Shown: positions 9,420 through 20,215 of the stretch, piece by piece
Numbering within the stretch: the stretch's first letter is position 1
Layout: the number at the start of each line of letters is the position of its first letter
Assembly (NCBI GenBank): GCA_041750715.1
Contig: JBGSYU010000713.1
Span: 1-38,381, forward strand
From: Lacipirellula sp.
GTDB taxonomy: Bacteria; Planctomycetota; Planctomycetia; Pirellulales; Lacipirellulaceae
DNA length: 38,381 bases
Reading direction: 5' to 3'
Program-made: the position numbers and the translations under genes
Notes under the pieces: model-generated
Seen by the model: the letters and a program-made list of their open reading frames with translations, nothing else
The model's database searches: none
What the model was told of the DNA's origin: nothing

Positions 9420-12110
9420 ATGCAGGTTGCGATGCGGCTTCTACCGAGCATTGCGGCGGGCGTTCTGATGGCCCTGACCGCGATTGGAGGCCCAGCCCAG
9501 TTGGTCCACGCCGCCGACCTGCCGGCGATTGCCCCCGAGGCGGCCGAGTTCTTCGAAAGCCGCATTCGTCCCGTGTTGGCAGAGCACTGCTACGAGTGCC
9601 ATTCCGCTCGCGCCTCGATCCTGCAAGGCGAACTGCGGCTAGACGCGGCGGCCGAACTTCGCCAGGGCGGTCAGTCGGGGCCAGTCGTCGAACCCGGCAA
9701 GCCGGCGGACAGCTCGCTGATTTCGGCCCTGCGATACCAGTCGTACGAGATGCCGCCCAAGGGCAAGCTGCCCGACGTGGTGATCGCCGACTTCGAGCAG
9801 TGGGTGGCGATGGGCGCGCCCGACCCGCGAACTGAAGACGCCGCCGGCGGTGGCGTTGTCGGCAATGCCGTTGTCGGTGAAGCCGCCCCGAAGAAAAATC
9901 CCCGCGACCATTGGTCGCTGAAGGCGCCGCACAAGCCCGCGGCGCCCTCCGTCCAATCGCGGTCGTGGGTTCGCACGGTGATCGACTCGTTCGTGCTGGC
10001 GCGGCTGGAAGCGGCCGGGCTAGCGCCCTCCGGCGAGGCCGACCCCCGTACGCTGCTGCGGAGACTTTCCTACGATCTTACCGGCCTACCACCCACAGCC
10101 GAAGAGCTCGCGCAGTTCGAAGCCAACTTCAGCAACGCCGATTACGAGCAAGCCGTCGATCGGCTCCTCAGCTCGCCGCGGTTCGGCGAGCGGTGGGGCC
10201 GCACCTGGCTCGACGTGGCGCGCTACGCCGACACTAAGGGATATGTCTTCGAAGAAGATCGCAATTACCCCACGGCGTACAAATACCGCGATTGGGTGAT
10301 TGCCGCCTTCAATGGCGATATGTCGTTCGATAAGTTCATCGTCGCGCAGATTGCGGCGGATCAAACGGGCGATCCATCGCACGCCCCTGCGTCGGGTTTC
10401 TTGACGCTCGGCCGGCGGTTCCTCAATTCGCCGCCGGAGATCAACGACGACCGCATCGACCTCATGACGCGCGGCCTCATGGGGCTGACCGTCGCGTGCG
10501 CACGATGTCACGATCACAAGTACGACGCCATTCCCACGGCCGACTACTATTCGCTCTACGGCGTGCTGGCCAGTTCGACCGAAACGCCGCGCGACGATGG
10601 CCCGGCGACGCTGGTCGACGCTCCGACGCCGGTCGAGCCGCACATCTTTCTACGCGGCAACGCCGGCGCCTTGGGCGCGCAGGTGCCGCGGCACTTCCTC
10701 TCGTGCCTGAACGAGGGCGAGCCGCAACCGTTCAAAACCGGAAGCGGACGGCTAGAATTGGCCCAGGCCATCGCCAGCCGCGACAATCCGCTCACGGCCC
10801 GCGTGTGGGCCAATCGAGTGTGGTCGAAGCTGTTCGGCCGCGGACTGGTGACCACGCCGAGCGATTTCGGCGTTCGCGGCGACGCGCCCAGTCACCCCGA
10901 GCTGCTCGATTGGCTCGCCTGCACGTTCATGGACGACGGCTGGTCGACCAAGCGATTCATTCGCCGCATGGTGCTTTCGAGCGCCTACCGGCAGGCCAGC
11001 GGTCCGCGCGACGATTGCCGCGAGGCGGACCCCGAAAACGCGCTGCTGGCTCGCATGAATCGTCGGCGGCTCGATCTCGAAGCCGTTCGCGATAGCCTGC
11101 TCGTCGCCGCCGGGCGACTCGATGAGACGATGGGCGGCCCGTCGATTCAACTCACCGAGCCGCCGTATCCGCCGCGGCGGGCCGTGTACGGGTTCATCGA
11201 GCGGCAGAATTTACCGGCGTTCTTCCGCACGTTCGATTTTGCGAACCCCAACACGCCTTCGGCGTCGCGACCGCAGACGGCGTCGCCGCATCAGGCGTTG
11301 TTCCTCTTGAACAGCCCGTTCGCCCTGGAGCAATCGCGGCAACTGGCGACGCGAACCGCGGCGACGAAGTCGGACGGCGCCGCGCCCAGCGACGCTCAGC
11401 GCATCGCATCGCTGTACCAGTTCGTGCTGGGTCGCGGTCCGAGTGAAGCGGAGCTTGCCGAGGCGTCCGTCTACCTGGCTTCGGGGCAGTCGAGCGACGA
11501 GGCGGCGCGACTATCGGCCATGCCGCGCTGGCAGTACGGGTGGGGCGCGTACGATCCGTTGTCCGACCGCGTCGAGTTCCATCCGTTCGCTCACTTCGTG
11601 AGCAACGTTTGGCAAACCGCCGAGGTGCTGCCCGACCCGCAGTTAGGGTACGTCCTGCTGAACCTCGAAGGCGGCCACCCGGGCGACGGCGCCCACCAAG
11701 TCATCCGCCGTTGGACCGCCCCCGCCGCCGGCGTGCTTCACATTCAAGGCGATTTGAACCATCCGGCGCCGGAAGGCAACGGCGTCGTCGGACGAATCGT
11801 CTCCAGCGCTCGCGGGCGCCTCGGCGAGTGGCCCGCCGCGCATGGCGTGGCTCCGACGCCCGTCGACGCGGCGCCAGTCTCCCCCGGCGATACGGTCGAC
11901 TTCATCGTCGATTGCCAAGGCGATTATTCGTTCGACGCGTTCACCTGGCGAACGACGCTACGCCTGGAGCGTGAAGGGGGCGCCGTAGAAAGCTGGAACT
12001 CCCACGACGGCATCGACGGCCCGAAACCGCCCGCGCCGCCGTCGCTCGATCGCTGGGGCCAGCTCGCGCAGGTGCTATTGATGTGCAACGAGTTTATGTT
12101 CGTCGACTAA
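9420..12110 (+). CDS. Planctomycete cytochrome c + DUF1549 + DUF1553 (PSD1) domain protein
   Basis: FFESRIRPVLAEHCYECH, GAPDPR, DHWS, RRLSYDLTGLPPT, GERWGRTWLDVARYADT, CARCHDHKYD, NPLTARVWANR, PSHPELLDWLA, NEFMFVD; N-terminal signal peptide. Confidence 0.92.
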   Translation: MQVAMRLLPSIAAGVLMALTAIGGPAQLVHAADLPAIAPEAAEFFESRIRPVLAEHCYECHSARASILQGELRLDAAAELRQGGQSGPVVEPGKPADSSLISALRYQSYEMPPKGKLPDVVIADFEQWVAMGAPDPRTEDAAGGGVVGNAVVGEAAPKKNPRDHWSLKAPHKPAAPSVQSRSWVRTVIDSFVLARLEAAGLAPSGEADPRTLLRRLSYDLTGLPPTAEELAQFEANFSNADYEQAVDRLLSSPRFGERWGRTWLDVARYADTKGYVFEEDRNYPTAYKYRDWVIAAFNGDMSFDKFIVAQIAADQTGDPSHAPASGFLTLGRRFLNSPPEINDDRIDLMTRGLMGLTVACARCHDHKYDAIPTADYYSLYGVLASSTETPRDDGPATLVDAPTPVEPHIFLRGNAGALGAQVPRHFLSCLNEGEPQPFKTGSGRLELAQAIASRDNPLTARVWANRVWSKLFGRGLVTTPSDFGVRGDAPSHPELLDWLACTFMDDGWSTKRFIRRMVLSSAYRQASGPRDDCREADPENALLARMNRRRLDLEAVRDSLLVAAGRLDETMGGPSIQLTEPPYPPRRAVYGFIERQNLPAFFRTFDFANPNTPSASRPQTASPHQALFLLNSPFALEQSRQLATRTAATKSDGAAPSDAQRIASLYQFVLGRGPSEAELAEASVYLASGQSSDEAARLSAMPRWQYGWGAYDPLSDRVEFHPFAHFVSNVWQTAEVLPDPQLGYVLLNLEGGHPGDGAHQVIRRWTAPAAGVLHIQGDLNHPAPEGNGVVGRIVSSARGRLGEWPAAHGVAPTPVDAAPVSPGDTVDFIVDCQGDYSFDAFTWRTTLRLEREGGAVESWNSHDGIDGPKPPAPPSLDRWGQLAQVLLMCNEFMFVD

Positions 12111-12135
12111 ACTAATAGTTAGCGTGTTAAGATCT

Positions 12136-12302
12136 CTCGCAAAGTCGCAAAGAAACGCGCAAAGAAGACAGGACTTGGGAATGCTAATTTCCACTAATCT
12201 GCACTAAACAAGATTGGTGAGGATGAGCGCTGTTAGTGTTCCCTCATTGATTTTGGTTGATGGTATTCTTTGCGTTCCTTTGCGACTTAGCGCCTTTGCG
12301 TG
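12136..12302. repeat. Nested inverted-repeat element (CGCAAAG-rich outer arms, CACTAA-rich inner arms)
   Basis: CTCGCAAAGTCGCAAAGAAACGCGCAAAGAA (12136-12166) versus TTCTTTGCGTTCCTTTGCGACTTAGCGCCTTTGCGTG (12266-12302). Imperfect inner arms at ~12177-12207 and ~12214-12243. Confidence 0.65.
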
Positions 12303-12331
12303 CTAAAAACCACCGTCAATTCGAGAACGAG

Positions 12332-13766
<1,435 letters not shown>

Positions 13767-13768
<2 letters not shown>

Positions 13769-13837
13769 GCCCGAAGCGCTAGCAAGGGCGTGCCATGTTG
13801 TGGCGTTGACGCACGCCCTTGCTAGCGCAGCGGGCTC
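13767..13837. repeat. REP-like inverted repeat between convergent genes
   Basis: GAGCCCGAAGCGCTAGCAAGGGCGTGC / GCACGCCCTTGCTAGCGCAGCGGGCTC: 27 bp arms with 2 mismatches. Confidence 0.8.
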
Positions 13838-13854
13838 GCGTCGCGCACGCAACT

Positions 13855-14889
13855 CTATCGGGCATAACTTAGTTCAGTCGCCGTCAGTTCCAAATCGTCC
13901 TCGAGCGCCCGCCGCGGCGGAATGTTCAGCTTCTGCAACTCGTCGTGGTACGCGCGAACGGCTTCTTCTGCCGCCAACTCGCCGTCGGCGACTCGTCGCA
14001 GCAGCGCGACGAACGACAGCGGATGCTCGGCATCTTTAATCTTGCGGCCAAACAGCGCCACGCGGGCGCCATGCTTCTTCGCTTCGGCCAGCAGCGCGAA
14101 CGCGTCAAAACTGGTCCCGCTGCTGCCGCCCAAGACGCCGACGATCGTGCCGGGGTCGTAGTTCACCAGCTCTTCGAGCGATTCGGGGCCGAAGAACGGA
14201 ATCTTGAGAAACTCGGGCCGCCCGTTTAGCGGTACGCCGGCGAGCATCCGACAAATGTGGTCGTTCACAAAACTGCCGACTTGGTCGTCGGCTACGGCGT
14301 CTTTGAGATTCGGCGCGAACACTTCGAGGAAGTAGTGAAAGCCGCAGCGCTCGGCGTACTCGCGGAACTCGCGAAACGCATCGAGCGTAGCCATGTCGCT
14401 TTCGAGTCGGTTGTTGAACGTGGCCGAGTAGAGGCCGAGGTTCACCGCCGGAGCGCCTGTGGCCGGAGCGGTGACGCTGCCGTACTGCGCCTCCTCGATG
14501 TAACAGGTGGCAAACGGCAGCGACGGCGAATCTCGATAGTGGCTGCCCCGCGGCAACCACACGTCGGTCGCGTCGTTCGCCCGAACTGCCGGCGTCACGT
14601 CGCTGCCTTCAAACAGCCGCTCGCGGTGGGCGAGAAGGCTCATCGTCGACACCGACGCCAGCATAATGTCGACGGCTCCCTGGCGAACGATCTCGCGAAT
14701 CTGCTCGCGAAAGTCGACCATAGAGCGGTATGGTCGCGGTCCTTGCAGCAGCGGATCGAGCGGATAGTCTTGGCCCGGGCTGGTCGCCCCCCACGCCATA
14801 TCAGCGTCCTTGGCGTCGGCGAGAATAAACTCGCCGCAATTCAGATCGCCGCGGAGTGCGTTCAGTTTTTCAGTGAGTCGAGGCTTCAT
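13855..14889 (-). CDS. Conserved hypothetical protein, probable TIM-barrel class I aldolase-like enzyme
   Basis: FILADAKDADMA, VDIMLAS, YFLEVF, FLKIPF, VGVLGG, ALFGRKI: strand/loop pattern of class I aldolase-type barrels, with a candidate Schiff-base Lys in FLKIP. Confidence 0.55.
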   Translation of the reverse strand: MKPRLTEKLNALRGDLNCGEFILADAKDADMAWGATSPGQDYPLDPLLQGPRPYRSMVDFREQIREIVRQGAVDIMLASVSTMSLLAHRERLFEGSDVTPAVRANDATDVWLPRGSHYRDSPSLPFATCYIEEAQYGSVTAPATGAPAVNLGLYSATFNNRLESDMATLDAFREFREYAERCGFHYFLEVFAPNLKDAVADDQVGSFVNDHICRMLAGVPLNGRPEFLKIPFFGPESLEELVNYDPGTIVGVLGGSSGTSFDAFALLAEAKKHGARVALFGRKIKDAEHPLSFVALLRRVADGELAAEEAVRAYHDELQKLNIPPRRALEDDLELTATELSYAR

Positions 14890-15005
14890 CGAGCAGGTGA
14901 TTCATGGAGTGAAAGGGCGGACACGAGAACGCCCCGATAATACCGCCGCGACGGCAGCCTCGCCAGCGGAAGGATTGACGCCGCCTTCCGCGCGGAAGGC
15001 GAAAC

Positions 15006-16385
15006 CTATTCCCCGGCAATTTGAAATCGCTTGCTATCAACATGTGCGTCGCGCATAAGCTGCCGCAGTCGGGCGACGACCTCGGGATGCTTGGCCGCCA
15101 CGTCGTGCGCCTCGCCGATGTCGTTCGACAGGTCGTAAAGCTCCAATGGCCGATCGGGCTGCATCTCCACATCGAGCCGCACCGCCTTCCATTTTCCTTG
15201 CCGAACGGCTTGCTTGCCGCCTTGCTCGTAAAATTCCCAATAGACATAGTCGTGCGGCCGCTGCTCGCCTTCACCTAGAAGCGTCGGCAAATAGGAGATG
15301 CCGTCGGTGTCCTTCGGCGCATCGACGCCCGCTAAGCCGCATGCGGTTGGCAGGAAGTCCCAGAACGCGGAAATGTGATCGGTCGTACCGCCGGGCTTGA
15401 TGAAACTTGGCCACCAGGCGATCAGCGGCACGCGAACGCCGCCTTCGTACAGGTCGCGCTTTCCCCCGCGCAACGGGCCGCTGGAGTTGAAGAAGTCGCG
15501 GTCCCAGCCCCCCTCGTTCATCGCGCCGTTATCGCTGCTGAACAGCACTAGCGTGTTCTCCGCGACGCCCAGTGATCGCAGCTTCGCCAGCACTTGCCCC
15601 ACGGCGTCGTCCAGGTGCGTAACCATGCCCGCGAACGTCGCCTTCGGGTTCGGCTCTGCTCGATAGCGGTCGCCCGCAAACGGCTTCTCGTCGAACTTAC
15701 CGAGGAAGGTTTCCTTCCACTTCGCCGGCACGTTCAAGTCCGCATGCGGCTGTTGCAGCGTGAGATGCAAAAAGAACGGCTCGTCGGCGTGATCGTCCAG
15801 CCAGTCGAGAGCGTCTTCCACGAACAGATCGGACGAGTAATTCGCCCCATCGACACCCCGATTGCCTTCGTAATGGACTTTCTCGCCGTTCCGCCAAAGC
15901 CACTTAGGGTAATAGCGATGCGCGGCCGTATGGCTGGCGTAGCCGAAGAAATGATCGAACCCTTTAGCGTTCGGGCGGCGGCCTTGGTCATCGCCAATGA
16001 ACGGGCTCTTGCCGATTAGCGCCGTGCGGTAGCCTGCCAAGTTAAGCAGCCGTGCGATGGTCGCATCTTGCGGATCGACCCGCAGGCCCACGGCGCCGTT
16101 GGCTCGCTGCCAGCCGTGCCCCGTGTGCAGACCCGTCATGAGGCACGCCCGCGACGGCGCACACACCGTGCTGCCGGCATAGTGCTGGGTGAACCGCAAT
16201 CCTTCAGCCGCCATGCGGTCGATGTTCGGCGTCGCGAAATTCTTCTGGCCATAGCAGCCCAGGTCGCCGTATCCCAAGTCATCGGCCAAAATAAAAACAA
16301 TATTCGGCCGCTCGGCAGCCCCGCCGCGAGTTGCAAGCCCGCAAACGACCGCCATCGCGACGCCAACGAGAAACCTCACTCGCAT
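15006..16385 (-). CDS. Formylglycine-dependent (S1) sulfatase, secreted
   Basis: RPNIVFILADDLGYGD, CAPSRACLMTG, FSSDNG, GGKRDLYEGGVRVP, ELYDLSNDIGE; signal peptide from Met at 16385. Confidence 0.93.
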   Translation of the reverse strand: MRVRFLVGVAMAVVCGLATRGGAAERPNIVFILADDLGYGDLGCYGQKNFATPNIDRMAAEGLRFTQHYAGSTVCAPSRACLMTGLHTGHGWQRANGAVGLRVDPQDATIARLLNLAGYRTALIGKSPFIGDDQGRRPNAKGFDHFFGYASHTAAHRYYPKWLWRNGEKVHYEGNRGVDGANYSSDLFVEDALDWLDDHADEPFFLHLTLQQPHADLNVPAKWKETFLGKFDEKPFAGDRYRAEPNPKATFAGMVTHLDDAVGQVLAKLRSLGVAENTLVLFSSDNGAMNEGGWDRDFFNSSGPLRGGKRDLYEGGVRVPLIAWWPSFIKPGGTTDHISAFWDFLPTACGLAGVDAPKDTDGISYLPTLLGEGEQRPHDYVYWEFYEQGGKQAVRQGKWKAVRLDVEMQPDRPLELYDLSNDIGEAHDVAAKHPEVVARLRQLMRDAHVDSKRFQIAGE

Positions 16386-16403
16386 GAATGCCCCCGTTCT
16401 TCT

Positions 16404-16473
16404 TCTTTGCGTCCTTTGCGACGTTCTGTTCAAAATCAAGTTATCGAACAAAAGGTCGCAAAGGACGCAAAGA
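16404..16473. repeat. Inverted repeat of the CGCAAAG family
   Basis: CTTTGCGTCCTTTGCGACGTTCTGTTC / GAACAAAAGGTCGCAAAGGACGCAAAG, same motif family as 12136-12302. Confidence 0.8.
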
Positions 16474-16567
16474 GAAAAAATGCCGCCTACTAAATATGAT
16501 CCGCCGAGTAAAGTTAGATTCGATTAGCGGAGATTAGTCTTCCGCCGCATTGACTTAATGTGCGTTC

Positions 16568-17842
16568 TCAAACCTCGGGCAGTTCAAATCCCTCGCGCCG
16601 CGGCCGATCGAGCAGCTCGCTCGCCTCGGCGTCGTCGGGGAACGTCTCCTGCACCGGATCCCACTTCAGCTTTCTGCCCACTTCCCGCGTAATGTTCACC
16701 AGGTGGCAAACGCTGATCGACCGGTGGCCAATCTCCACGTCGGCAATGGGCAGCTCGCGCGTCTTGATGCAATCGAGCCAGTTTTGAATGTGCGGCCGGG
16801 CAATCCAGCCGTCCCCTTCCCACTTGTCCTGCACGGCCGGCTCCGGCGCGTCCTTGACGAAGTCGGGCGGGTTGGTGGCGAACTTGTTGCGGTTGATCTC
16901 CATCTTGCAATCGCTGCCGACGAAAATGCCGCCGCCCACAGGGCCGCTCGCTTCCAGTTCAAAGTGAACCTCGACGCCGTCGTCATATTTCATCGACACC
17001 TTGCCATTGGGGCCAGGTGTCACGGGCCACAGCTCCACCGGGCCGGTCAGGCTCTTACCCAGCGCGCACTGGATTTGATCGACGCCGTGAGCGCCCCAGT
17101 TGGTCATCTCGCCGCCGGAGTAGTCGCGCCACTGCATCCAACCGAATTGCAACTGGCCGTTGAACGGCCGCACCGGCGCCGGACCAATCCAAGTGTTCCA
17201 ATCGTCGCCCTCGGGCGTCGGCTCTTCCGGCAAGGTTTCCATCTGCCGCGGACCGACGTAGTTCACGGCAAGCACCTTTTTGAGCTTGCCGAGCTTCCCC
17301 TCGCGGACGAATCGACAAGCGAAATCGTTCAGCTCCATCGAGCGCTGTTGCGAGCCGACCTGAAACACGCGCCCCAGCTTGCGAGCCGCATCCGCCAGCA
17401 CGCGCCCTTCGCGTACGTATGCGGTGAGCGGCTTCTCCGCGTACACGTCCAGCCCGGCTTGCATCGCCCGCATGCAGGGCAGGGTACGCCCATGGTCGGG
17501 TGTGGCGACCACCACCGCGTCGAGCTGCTCCTTATCGAACATCTGGCGGTAATCTTGATAGGTATTCCACGGCTTCTTCTTCTGATCGAGCGTCTCGGCC
17601 ATCCGCTGCTGGTAGCAATCGGCGATCGCGACGATGCGGCCCCCCTCGGGAATCTGGTCCATCAACTGCCGCGCGCGGCCGCCCGTGCCGATGAACCCGA
17701 TGAGAATCTCCTCATTCGCCCCGCTTGCGTCTTCGCGCCCAAGCACCCGCGCCGGCACATACATCGGCAGGGCGAGGGCCGAACTGGCAGCGGCGGCATG
17801 CTTGATGAATTTGCGGCGGGAGACGCGAGGCGGCTTGCTCAT
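16568..17842 (-). CDS. Tat-exported Gfo/Idh/MocA family oxidoreductase
   Basis: VSRRKFIK twin-arginine signal; IGFIGTGGR, VATPDH, YAEKP, QVGSQQRS, NWGAHGVD. Confidence 0.92.
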   Translation of the reverse strand: MSKPPRVSRRKFIKHAAAASSALALPMYVPARVLGREDASGANEEILIGFIGTGGRARQLMDQIPEGGRIVAIADCYQQRMAETLDQKKKPWNTYQDYRQMFDKEQLDAVVVATPDHGRTLPCMRAMQAGLDVYAEKPLTAYVREGRVLADAARKLGRVFQVGSQQRSMELNDFACRFVREGKLGKLKKVLAVNYVGPRQMETLPEEPTPEGDDWNTWIGPAPVRPFNGQLQFGWMQWRDYSGGEMTNWGAHGVDQIQCALGKSLTGPVELWPVTPGPNGKVSMKYDDGVEVHFELEASGPVGGGIFVGSDCKMEINRNKFATNPPDFVKDAPEPAVQDKWEGDGWIARPHIQNWLDCIKTRELPIADVEIGHRSISVCHLVNITREVGRKLKWDPVQETFPDDAEASELLDRPRREGFELPEV

Positions 17843-18029
17843 GGCGGGCTCCAAGATGGCAGAATAAATCGCTTGTCTGGACCTACCATTGTAACGGGCA
17901 GCATTCCTTTTGGGAGCCGCAACTCACGCCGAAACCTGCCCGCGACGTCGCAGAAGTTGCAATGGTTGCATCCGATCAAGACTTCGCCAAGAATAGTTGA
18001 GGGATGAACTCTCTTCAACGGAGCCTGCG

Positions 18030-19784
18030 ATGTCGATGTCGAAGTTTCGTATTTGTTTGGCGATGGCACTTCTGGCGTGCCCGAACGGGCCGCTCCACGC
18101 CGCCGAGGCGACGCGGCCCAATATCGTCGTCATCCTCACCGACGACATGGGCTTCAGCGACGTCGGCTGCTACGGCGGCGAGATCGACACGCCGAACCTC
18201 GACGCCCTGGCCGCCGGCGGGCTGCGGTTCACGCAGTTCTATAACACGGCCCGCTGCTGCCCCACGCGCGCCGCCCTGCTGACGGGGCTTTATCCGCATC
18301 AGGCCGGCATGGGGCACATGACCGGGGACAAGCCGCGCCTGGATCAGCCTAACTACGCCGGCGACCTGAACCGCCGCTGCGTCACCATCGCCGAAGCCGT
18401 CCGCCCCGCCGGATACCGCACCTACATGGCCGGTAAATGGCACCTCACGCCCTTCGTGAACGATGCTCGTCCGCATCGCCAGAACAATTGGCCGCTGCAA
18501 CGCGGGTTCGACCGCTTCTACGGCACGATCAAAGGCGGCGGCAGCTATTACGATCCGCCGTCGCTCACGCGCGACAACAAGGTGATCTCGGCGCTGGCCG
18601 ACCCGGAGTATCGGCCCAAGGAGCCGTACTACTACACCGACGCGATCAGTGACCACGCGGTCCGCTTTATCGACGACCATGCCAGTGAGCACAACGAGCA
18701 GCCGTTCTTCATGTACGTCGCTTACACGGCCGCCCACTGGCCGCTGCATGCGAATGACGCCGACATTGCGAAGTACCGCGGCCGCTACGACGCCGGCTAC
18801 GGCGCGATCCGCGCCGCACGGTTCGCCAAGGCCAAAAAGCTAGGCGTGATCGACGCAGCGTGGCCCATGTCGCCGCAGGCGGAATCTTGGGAAGACGTCG
18901 AGGACGTGAAGTACGAACAGCGTTGCATGGAAGTCTACGCGGCAATGGTCGACTCGATGGACCAGGGCGTCGGCAAGATCGTCGCATCGCTCAAAGACCA
19001 CGACATGCTCGATCAAACGCTCGTCCTCTATCTGCAAGACAACGGCGGCTGCGCGGAGTTGATGGGCCGCCGCGGCGACGAAGATGTGAAGCCGCGGGCC
19101 GAGGGGCCAACGCTGCCGCCGCTCGCCGCGGATTACCTGCAACCGGAAATCGTTCCGGCGCAAACTCGCGACGGCTACCCCATACGCCAGGGTATCGGCG
19201 TGATGCCGGGCCCAGCGGATACCTTCGCGGGATACGGTCGCGGTTGGGCGAATGTGAGCAATACGCCGTTTCGGGAGTTCAAGCATTGGGTTCACGAGGG
19301 GGGAATCAGCACGCCGCTCATCGCCCACTGGCCGGCGGGCATTGCGGCCCGCGGCGAGCTCCGCCACGAGCCGGGTCACTTGATCGACGTAATGGCGACG
19401 TGCCTGGACCTTACCGGCGCCTCGTATTTCTCGGAGGTGGACGGCGAATCAATTCACCCGGTGGAAGGCGTGAGCCTGCGGCCCGCGTTCGCCGGGAAAC
19501 CGCTCGAGCGTAAGGAGCCGATCTTCTTCGAGCACGAAGGCAACCGCGCCGTGCGCGACGGCCGTTGGAAGCTGGTCGCCAAGGGTCCCGCGGGACGCTG
19601 GGAACTGTACGACATGGTCGCCGACCGCACGGAGGCGACCGACCTGGCCGCCGAGCAACCGGAGCGCGTCGCCGCGATGGTCGCCCAGTGGGAAGCCTGG
19701 GCGAAGCGAGCGGGCGTGCTGCCATGGATTTGGAAACCAGCGTACCGCGCCGTCCCAAATCGGGCCGCGGCACGATCAAATTGA
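18030..19784 (+). CDS. Formylglycine-dependent arylsulfatase, secreted
   Basis: RPNIVVILTDDMGFSD, CCPTRAALLTG, GKWH, YTAAHWPLHA, WANVSNTPFREFKHWVHEGGISTP. Confidence 0.93.
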   Translation: MSMSKFRICLAMALLACPNGPLHAAEATRPNIVVILTDDMGFSDVGCYGGEIDTPNLDALAAGGLRFTQFYNTARCCPTRAALLTGLYPHQAGMGHMTGDKPRLDQPNYAGDLNRRCVTIAEAVRPAGYRTYMAGKWHLTPFVNDARPHRQNNWPLQRGFDRFYGTIKGGGSYYDPPSLTRDNKVISALADPEYRPKEPYYYTDAISDHAVRFIDDHASEHNEQPFFMYVAYTAAHWPLHANDADIAKYRGRYDAGYGAIRAARFAKAKKLGVIDAAWPMSPQAESWEDVEDVKYEQRCMEVYAAMVDSMDQGVGKIVASLKDHDMLDQTLVLYLQDNGGCAELMGRRGDEDVKPRAEGPTLPPLAADYLQPEIVPAQTRDGYPIRQGIGVMPGPADTFAGYGRGWANVSNTPFREFKHWVHEGGISTPLIAHWPAGIAARGELRHEPGHLIDVMATCLDLTGASYFSEVDGESIHPVEGVSLRPAFAGKPLERKEPIFFEHEGNRAVRDGRWKLVAKGPAGRWELYDMVADRTEATDLAAEQPERVAAMVAQWEAWAKRAGVLPWIWKPAYRAVPNRAAARSN

Positions 19785-19860
19785 TCGCTTTTTTCGCTTT
19801 CTAATGCACGCCTTGGCAGCTAGCGGCCGTCGTTGCGATTGCTAGCCGATCGCGCCCGAT

Positions 19861-19875
19861 GGGCATAGCGTTTGC
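19861..19875 (+). promoter_or_regulatory. Putative sigma54 promoter for the 57 aa ORF
   Basis: GGGCATAGCGTTTGC, ~47 nt before ATG 19922. Confidence 0.6.
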
Positions 19876-19921
19876 GTCTTGTAAGGCGCAGAATCAATTT
19901 CGCCAGCAAGTGGAGGCAATC

Positions 19922-20095
19922 ATGAGTCGTGAAAATATCCGTCAACGAGCTACCGACGTACAGCGCCATTGGTCGTCTAGCGAGCGTAGCAGACGCGTCG
20001 AAGCCAGCCGGCTGCGTTGCACCGATCTGCTCTTTCGTATTACCGCCCAGCGCGAACCGATCCTTGCCGTTTGGCAGTCCAAAACGACGCGCTAA
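19922..20095 (+). CDS. Small basic hypothetical protein (57 aa)
   Basis: GGAGG RBS 5 nt before ATG, upstream sigma54-like motif and downstream terminator. Sequence MSRENIRQRATDVQRHWSSSERSRR... Confidence 0.55.
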   Translation: MSRENIRQRATDVQRHWSSSERSRRVEASRLRCTDLLFRITAQREPILAVWQSKTTR

Positions 20096-20136
20096 TCGCA
20101 AACGACGCCCTAATCGCGCTCGATTCGCTTCAGCGA

Positions 20137-20188
20137 ACAAATAAAGTCGCCCGGCGGAGCAACGTGCTTCGCCGGGCGATTGTCATTT
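20137..20188. terminator. Probable (bidirectional) intrinsic terminator
   Basis: TCGCCCGGCGGAGCA-ACG-TGCTTCGCCGGGCGA stem with an A-rich left flank and T-rich right flank, between convergent genes. Confidence 0.7.
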
Positions 20189-20215
20189 AGGTCAAAAGCC
20201 GTTGAAGGCGAAAGA

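Noticed and set aside
12257-12331. N-terminal extensions in the ORF track for DUF1501 (and for the sulfatase at 16386-16451 and the activator at 25938-26051)
   Set aside because: They translate repeat or intergenic DNA; downstream ATGs give proper signal peptides or domain starts.
14982-15001. Perfect 20 bp palindrome CGCCTTCCGCGCGGAAGGCG after the sulfatase stop
   Set aside because: Single GC-rich copy without a U-tract; cannot distinguish terminator, operator or chance.
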